Assembly: GCF_009914755.1 (NCBI RefSeq)
Contig: NC_060938.1
Origin: the human T2T-CHM13v2.0 reference genome, Homo sapiens
DNA: 64,000 nucleotides
Reading direction: 5' to 3' (one strand)
Positions 56,401 through 64,000 of the stretch are shown here, piece after piece. Position 1 is the first letter of the stretch; each line of letters opens with the position of its first letter. The notes below the pieces were generated by a model. The model was not told the DNA's origin. It was given only the letters and a program-made list of their open reading frames with translations, and ran no database searches. A program made the translations under genes and the position numbers.

Positions 56401-57336
56401 AATCTTTCGATATAAAGTATCACTATTCTAAAGGCCTTAAAGCAATATCAGATCGATATACTCTTTTTCCCTTTATTTCTTTTTCTTTTCTCTCTTTTTA
56501 AGATTTGCTGTATGTCATGAAGTGGGGTCAGAACAGAGAGAAAATGTGCAGGCATATTAAAAACTCTAATCGCCCATTTTCTCATTATTCAGTGCAAGTC
56601 TCTTAACCTTTTACTGGGTGGCTACTTTGTGTGGGCCCTCCCGCATGCATGCCTTTTCAGAGTAAGGCATTTAATTTTTGCCTCAATTTTACTGACATAT
56701 TAAAGACCGCGAAGCCAGGCAACTGCAGAACCTCTATTTGAACCCGTGTTTTCTTATTCCAGAATCAGTGCACCTTCAATTTTGCCACCAGCAAAACACA
56801 ACTGGCTTTCCCTTAGCTTTTCAAACAACTGGTTATTGGACTGTTTTATGCTTCCAACTTTCTACAGTAATCACGAATTGAGTTTTTATTTTAATAAAGG
56901 AAAAGACTTATAGATAAATATTTGACAACCATACATTTTATCATTTGGCAACACTTTTATTCAAAACTTCAATTTTGCTAACACACGTAGAGAGAAAAAC
57001 AAATACGAAAATTCGTGTCATACTACAGGCCAAGAGCCAGAGAGAAATTTAAGTTCTAAAGGTTCAGGGACTAGGCCAGAAAAACTTATAATAATAGGAA
57101 CTAAAACTGGAGATACAGGGTAGGCTGTAAGAAAACCAGCATTAAATAATTAAACAGTAAAATTCTGATCTCCTGCAGCTGTGGTGCTTAATACACCATA
57201 GGAGGACAGATGAGAGAATCTTAGACCTTTCCAGGTAGGACCTGTGTTCCATGCCCGGAGGGTGCTCCCAGCTAGAACACTTGTCCTTTCCCCTCCGCCC
57301 CACCCCCAGCCCACACTAAACAACATCAGCAACAAA

Positions 57337-57591
57337 AATAAGGAGCACACAACCTAGATCCCTCACATGCACAGTTCACAGTAGGATTCATGCCCCTGTG
57401 AGAATCAAATGCTGCTGCTTATCTGACAGGAGGTGGAGCTCAGGCGGTAATGCCAGCGATGGGGATCAGCTGTAAATACCGATGAAGCTTCACTCACTCA
57501 CCTGCCCGCTGCTCACCTCCTGCTGTGCGGCCCAGTTCCTAATAGACCATGGACTGGTACTGGTCTGGGGCCTGGGGGTTGGGGACCCCTG
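57337..57591. mobile_element. MER1B-like (hAT-Charlie), one end truncated
   Basis: CAACCTAGATCCCTC..ATCTGACAGGAGGTGGAGCTCAGGCGGTAATG..GGGGGTTGGGGACCCCTG. Confidence 0.85.
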
Positions 57592-58074
57592 CCCTAACTT
57601 TTAGCAAGTGCTTGCCTAAACTACAGTCACTTAAATCTGCCTTTAACTTGATATCTATCATTCCTATCTCTGGCTGGTGCTGGCAGATTTGATATCAAGA
57701 ATTTATAGTCAAATATATTTCCCAAATTCTGGTTAGTAACACATAATAACAAGGAAGAGGCCTACCATTCCCAGTGACCACCCCCATATACCATCCAGAG
57801 TGCATGCACACCAGCTTGATTGCTTTTCTGATGAGGGAACTGATGTTATCAGCGATGTTCACAATTTCTGAAAACATTTTCTTGAAATGGGCAAAGCAAT
57901 GCTGACAAGGTTCCAAACAAGAGAAATCTAAAAGTGTAGAGTCCCCTCCTTTTACAAAAGGAACTGCTAGAGGAAGAAAAACATCTGTCATTTAATGTTT
58001 AAAGTTGCCTTGGAAAAAGTAGCCTGGATATACCCCTGTCTTTTAAACAAACTCAGTATACAACAATCTGCTAA

Positions 58075-58098
58075 TGTGTGTGAGGGGTGAGTGTGTGA

Positions 58099-58133
<35 letters not shown>
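58075..58133. repeat. (TG)n(GA)n compound microsatellite
   Basis: Direct inspection. Confidence 0.9.
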
Positions 58134-58483
58134 TTGGATCTCTTGATCTCTTCCTCTGCTGTCTAACCTAATATGTCCTACTGTAATTTTAGGCTAGTTT
58201 CTCTAGTCTAGACCTCAATCAAAATGTACTAGAGCTATTCAGCACCTCCAGAGTTTCTTCCCCATCTCTTCTTCCTTTGTAGATGTGTGAGTAACTTCCT
58301 TTCCTATACAGAGGTTTCTTTAGCATTTGGAGATTTCTTTCTCAAATATTTTAAAAATTTCATTCTTTCTCTGGAAAAGATGGCTTTAGCTATAGGTTCA
58401 GAAAAATGGACACGTAATATTTGTCACCTCTGTTAATGCTGAAAATGAAAATAAATATCACAATGTTTATAAAGTGTTATTGC

Positions 58484-58779
58484 TTTTTTTTTTTTTTTTT
58501 TTTAGACGGAGGCTCGCTCTATTACCGGGCTAGAGTGCGGTGGTGTGATCTTGGCTCACTGCAACCTCTGACTCTGTGGTTCAAGTGATTCTCCTGCCTC
58601 AACCTCCAAGTAGCTGGGATTACAGGCACGTGCCACTATGCCCAGCTAATTTTTGTATTTTTAGTAGAGATGGGGTTTCACCATGTTGGCCAGGATGGTC
58701 TCAGTCTCCCGACCTCGTGATCCGCCTGCCTTGGCCTCCCAAAGTTCTGGGATTACAGGTGTAAGCCACCGTGCCCGGC
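58484..58779 (-). mobile_element. AluS (Sc/Sg-like)
   Basis: Full dimer with a poly(T) tail and GACCTCGTGATCC. Confidence 0.9.
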
Positions 58780-59182
58780 ATATATTTTCTTAATAACACT
58801 GGATTTCTTGTGACTCACCTTCTTTTGTTATATGCAGTCATCCCTGTCCTGATTTTAAACAAATTTAAGATCAGAGCACTCACTGTTACTGATGGGTGTG
58901 TTAACTTTTTTGGGCATAAAGAACTAAATGACCCAGAGTGAACTTACTGAGGAAAAATTTCCCAACAAAATGCTATATTTCCTCTTCTCTCTTCCCTGGA
59001 GACTAGTTTGGTTCTCATTCAGTGTCAGGAATGGTTTACGGCCTCCCCAACCTAGCCCCAACCGCAGTTATCCCAGCAGAAAGAGTGTTAGAAGCCCGAG
59101 GCACTTCTCAGATCAGTGTCAGCTCAGGCCCCTCTGGGAACACCTAAATCCCACCCAGGCCTAGTCCTATAGCACTGCTACT

Positions 59183-59840
59183 TCATTCATTTACATGCAT
59201 TTTAGATATGTTTCCTGAAAGACCGCCATGGGCCGTGCACTGTACTAGGTGCTGCAAATACAGAGGTGAACACGACTTATATGGGCGCTGTCCTCACAGC
59301 AACTGACAGAAGTAAATAGGCAATTAGAGAAGTGTGGTTAGAGCCATGATGGGGAAGCAGAGTGCTGTGTGAAGATTCAGTGGGTCCCTTGAGCCGGCCT
59401 GGATTGGAGGACGGTCAAGAAAAACCTCTCTGAGGACAATATGCTTGAGTCAATTTCTGAAGGATTCTTCGAAGTTAGAACAAAAGGGAACAAGTATGAA
59501 GAAAGAAAAAGGAGATCGATGTTTTTAAAGAACTGGGGAAATTCAGTATAGCTGATTACATTGTGTGTTTGGTGGGGGACAGGATTTGGTGCATGTAGGG
59601 CACTGAGGGGGAGTGACTTATGGCAAGAAATGAGACTAAATATTAGCTGAATCCCATGTTAGGAAGTTTCAACTTGATTCTATGAATAATGGGTAGCCAC
59701 TGCAGAGTGTAAGTGGATGAGCAATATGATCAGGCATACATTATAAACATTACCATGATTACAGTGTGAAGAGGAAAAGTAAAACCAGCAGCAAGAAGAC
59801 TGTAGAGATCCAGCTGTGAGAAGACAGCGGCCCATTCACT
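59183..59840 (-). mobile_element. L2 3' portion
   Basis: TCATTCATT..GCACTGTACTAGGTGCTG..ATACAGAGGTGAAC resembles the L2 tail. Confidence 0.6.
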
Positions 59841-59957
59841 ACAGTGGCTCTGGGTTCTGGCCTCTGGACTCATGACTGGACCAAGCCCTCCAGGAATCAC
59901 TTTGTCTCCCCTCTCTCATTCCCTGATGAAGACAAGTCTCTGTGAGGTTGGTCAGTT

Positions 59958-60520
59958 TGTTATAGTTGTGTATCAGTCATGTTTTTTTTTTCTGCATTTT
60001 ATGATGCTTTGACAACTTGGGACCTGCCCCTCCCAGGGTTAATTAATTTCTGAGATAGCAAACAACTTGCCTGTGAGCATGCCTTTCGTATGCAAACTAA
60101 CTAGTCCAGAACTCTTACTTCAAACCATCTCTAGCTGGTTTTTACACTTCAGAAGGCAATATTCCTCTGCTCTAATCATTCCAGGGCCATGCAGTGGACA
60201 ACTGAGGACCACCCCAATAGCCCAGAGCCCATAGAAATTATTCAAACCATCCAATCCTACCCCTGCTTTGCTCCTTACCCTTTCTCTCCCATCCTTTCCC
60301 ATGACAACCACAATCAAGGCTTCTGCCCGTGCTTTCCCTTTTCTCTTTCTGCCTCTCCTCTGACCCACATTTCGAAATCTATGTGTCCCTGTGTGGTACT
60401 GCAAGCTCCCTCCTCCTGAGAACTGTGAGAAACAGACTACCTTTTCAGTGGCAACTGTCTCCTCATGTGTTGGCCTCACCATACCTGAATAAAAACAATA
60501 TCCCAGGTGCATTTCCAAAC
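59958..60520 (+). mobile_element. ERVL solo LTR (MER74-like)
   Basis: TGTTA start, CTGCATTTTATGATGCTTTGACA..CTGCCCCTCCCAGGG..TATGCAAAC, and AATAAA near the end. Confidence 0.55.
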
Positions 60521-60849
60521 AAGTGCATTTCACTTAGGTAAGCTCCACGCTGTCTATGAAACTTTTAAGAATTCATGACTAATTTTATTTAAAGTGCTAA
60601 ACAGTACTCAATGGTCTTGAAGTGTCCAAAATGAAAAATAAAATAAAATAAAAATAAAGTGCTAAATAGGTTTACTCAGTGCTCTTACATGTCATTCTAC
60701 TTCTGCCATCTGTATAGTTTTATGAGTTCTGAAGGAGAGTTAACTGTCTTTTGTGAATCTTAAATACAGGCAATATTAGATTTAGCAATCTGGAGATCAT
60801 TGGTGGCCTTCATGCAAAGAGTTTCAGCAGAATGGTGGGGCAAAATCTA

Positions 60850-63800
60850 ACCGAGGGACTTCTCCTTTGACCAAGGAGAATTAGCAGTAATAGGAATCAC
60901 TCTTCAATTATAAACAACTCGAAAGCTTGATGAAAATAGATGAAATAATCATTTTCAGATGTTAGACAATAGGCAGCATAGGACTGATCACTGAGAGAAG
61001 GGAAAAAAAGAGATGCACTTTAGGATGTCCTAGCTTACTACTGAGAGCCAGTGTTTAGCCACAGCGCAGGCAGGGGAACATAAAGAACCTGACATGCCTG
61101 CTGAGCTAAAGAGATCAAGATCAGGTCTGAGGATACCAAAATGGCTAGAACTTATAAGGCAGAGTACCAAAAAAGAGTGTTGCACAGAGAAAAATCTCTG
61201 AAGATCTGAAGAGGAGTCCCTTTGAGACTTTGGCTGAGTATTAATCTGAACACACATAAGAGAAAACACCCCCTGGCTGGGAAAAGGCTTCCCAGAACAA
61301 TTCTGAAGATCACACAGAATTGGAAGGCATTCATGTTCCCACTAACCAAAATAAAGAGACTCCATACAATAGTTAGCACCCGCAGAAGGCTCATGCCTAG
61401 TGAGGGAACTCAATTAGTCCCAAAATAAAGGTTTCTCTGGACCCATTCTAAAAAAAAAACTTAAAATCCAACCTTAAATGATACTGAAGTACCTTAACTG
61501 GATGCCAGGAAAAACAAAACCACAACAACAACAAAAAACCTCTACAATCTTTAAAGGAATACATTAAAGCCAGTAGCAAAGAAAGCAAAATTTACAATTT
61601 TGTATCCAATTAAAAATTACCAGGTCTTTAAAGATGCAGAAAAATATTACCCATAACCAGAATAAAAAGCAATTAACAGAAACAGACCCAGAAAAGCCAT
61701 ACATCATGGAATTCATAGACAAGAACCTTAAAACAAGTACCACAATCTTATAAATATGGTCAAGATGTAAAGGGAAACATAAACTTGATGAGGAGAAAAA
61801 TGGAAGATTTAAAAAGAGCCAAATAAAACTTCTAGAGGTAAAAAATGCCATACCAGGAAAGAAAACTGAACTTGAAGACACTGCTATAGAAACTAACCAA
61901 CATGAAGCACAAAGAGAAAATGATACTGAAAAAAAAATGGCACAAGATCTTAGTGAGTTGTGGGACTAATCAAAGTGTCTCATATTCATTTAACTGGAGT
62001 CCTAGCAGGAGAGAAGACTTGGGGAAGAGAAGTGGACATAAAATGTAATTGAAGAAATAATGGCCCCCAAAATCCAAATTTGTTGAAATTAAAAAAAACA
62101 TAGATCCAAAAACCCCAAGCGGAATAAATATAAATTAAACCTCTTTAGGCACTTCATAATCAAGTTATTGAAATCCATTAATAATGAGAAAACATTTTAA
62201 AGCAGTCAGGGGAAAGAGATACACCACATAAAGAGAAACAAAGATAAAAAATGACAGCTGACTTACCAGAAACCACACAGGTCAGAAGACAACAGAACGT
62301 CTTTAAAGTGCTGACAGAAAAATAAAATAAAATAAATTGTTGGCCCAGAATACTACACCCATGAAAATATATCTTTCAAAAATCAAGGTGAAAGAAAACC
62401 ATTTTAAGATCAACAAGAGGGGAGGAGTTGCTATTCGACAATTATAAAATTTCAGTTCTGTAAGTTAGTTAAGTTCTATAAATCTATTGTCCAATCTGTA
62501 GTTAATGATACTGTATTGTACACTTAAAAGTTTGTTAAGAGGGTAGCTCTTACGTTAAGTGTTCTTACCACAATTTTTTAAAAAAGAACAACGATAACAA
62601 AAGCTTAGAAAGTTAATTGCCAGTAGCCCTATACAACAAGAAATAAAGGATTCCTGGATCTACACAAAGAAATAAGTGCCAGAAATGGTAAACATGTGAA
62701 TACATATAAAAGTTTTTTCTGATTTAGAAAATGTTTTTAAAAGGTAATCGACTATAAGCAAAACTAACAACTCTGTATTATAAGGTTTACAGCATACACA
62801 GAAGCAAAATATCTGAGAACAATAGCACAAAGGAATGAGGGGGAATTTGGAAGGATGCCTTTGTAAGGTTCTTAAACTATACATGAAATGGTATAATATT
62901 TTTTGAAAGTAGACTGTGATAAGTTAAAGATGTATACTGTATACCCTAGAGCAGCTATTAATTTTTTGAAAAACAAAACAAGTATAGCTAGTAAACCAAA
63001 TGTGCAGATAAAATCATTAGGGAAATGCAAATCAAAATCACAATGACGGACTGAGCATGGTGGCTCATGCCTATAATCCCAGCATTGTGGAAAGCCAAGG
63101 CAGGGGGAATCACTTGAGGCCAGGAGTTTGAGACCAGCCTGGGCGACACAGTGCCTCGTCTCTACAAAAGATTTTAAAATTAGCCAGGCATCGTGGCATG
63201 TACCTGTATTCTAGCTACTCAGGAGGCTGAGGTGGGAGGATCAATTGAGCCCAGGAATTTAAGGCTGCATTGATCTATGATTATGCCACTGCACTCCAGC
63301 CTAGATGACAGAGCAAGTCTCTATCTTAAAAAAAAAAATCACATGAGCTATTACCTCACACCTGTTAGGATAGCTATTATCAAAAAGATGAAAAATAAAA
63401 AGTGCTGGAGAGGATATGGAGAAAAGACAATGCTTGTGCACTGTTAGTAGGTATGTAAATTGGCACAGTCATTATGGAAAACAGTAGAAAGATTTCTCAA
63501 AAAGTTAAACATAGAACTAGCATATATATAGCAATCCCACTCTTGGTATATGTCTGAAGGAAATGCAAGCAGTATTTTGAAGAAATATCTGCACCCTTGT
63601 GTTCACTGCAGCATTATTTAAAATAGTCAAGATATATAAACACCCTAAATGCCCATCCATGGGTGAATGGATAAAGAATATGTTTTATAGAGAGAATGGA
63701 ATGTTTATTCAGCCATAAACATGAAGGAAATCCTGCCATACACAACACAGATGAAACTGGAGATCATAATGCTAAGTGAAATAAGCCAGGTAGAGAAAGA

Positions 63801-64000
63801 CAAATACTGTATGATCTCACTTATATATGGAATCTAAAAAAGTCAAATTCATAAAATCAGAGTAGAAATGTAGTTGTCAGGGGTTGGGAGTGAAGGAAAT
63901 GGGGAAATGTCAGTCAAAGGGTAAAAACTTTCAGATTTAAGATGAATAGGTTCAGAGATCCAACAAAGAGCATGGTAACTGTGGTTAATAACACTGTATT
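60850..64000 (+). mobile_element. Composite old L1 fragments (5'/ORF1 region, a 3'-end insert at ~62420-62585, ORF2 3' end and 3' UTR from ~63010)
   Basis: A-rich L1 motifs such as GGAAATGCAAATCAAAA, AGCAATCCCACTCTTGG and ATGCTAAGTGAAATAAGCCAG. Confidence 0.8.
63048..63335 (+). mobile_element. AluJ inserted in L1
   Basis: Dimer with TSD AAAATCACA(A)TGA. Confidence 0.88.

Overview
Primate genomic DNA (human or a very close great ape: Alu, HERV-W and L1 are present, and the proteins are near-identical to human as I recall them). It is the NKX2-1 (TTF-1) locus, 14q13.3 in human. The left ~25 kb is a CpG-island-rich, almost transposon-free regulatory domain. It holds the three-exon NKX2-1 homeobox gene (minus strand; CDS 19413-19337, 18654-18269, 17304-16553), the first exon of SFTA3/NANCI just downstream on the same strand, a probable antisense lncRNA NKX2-1-AS1, and several motif-dense candidate enhancers. 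The right ~39 kb is intergenic and repeat-dense. It includes a decayed processed pseudogene of PHKB with a large internal deletion and an L1-retrotransposed copy of a fully spliced HERV-W RNA. Main observations: (1) NKX2-1 here has 11 glycines after the homeodomain and is 404 aa, versus the 8 Gly and 401 aa I recall for the human reference; (2) the only two upstream AUGs in the short-isoform leader are both AUG-stop elements; (3) skipping exon 2 would give an uninterrupted 311-aa alternative-frame protein; (4) the spliced HERV-W retrocopy has target-site duplications and a duplicated TATA facing NKX2-1; (5) a locally templated insertion with fold-back fragments sits inside an Alu monomer. I found no prokaryotic-type system, and I cannot establish that any of this is truly undescribed without database searches. 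All comparisons to reference proteins and repeat consensuses are from memory.
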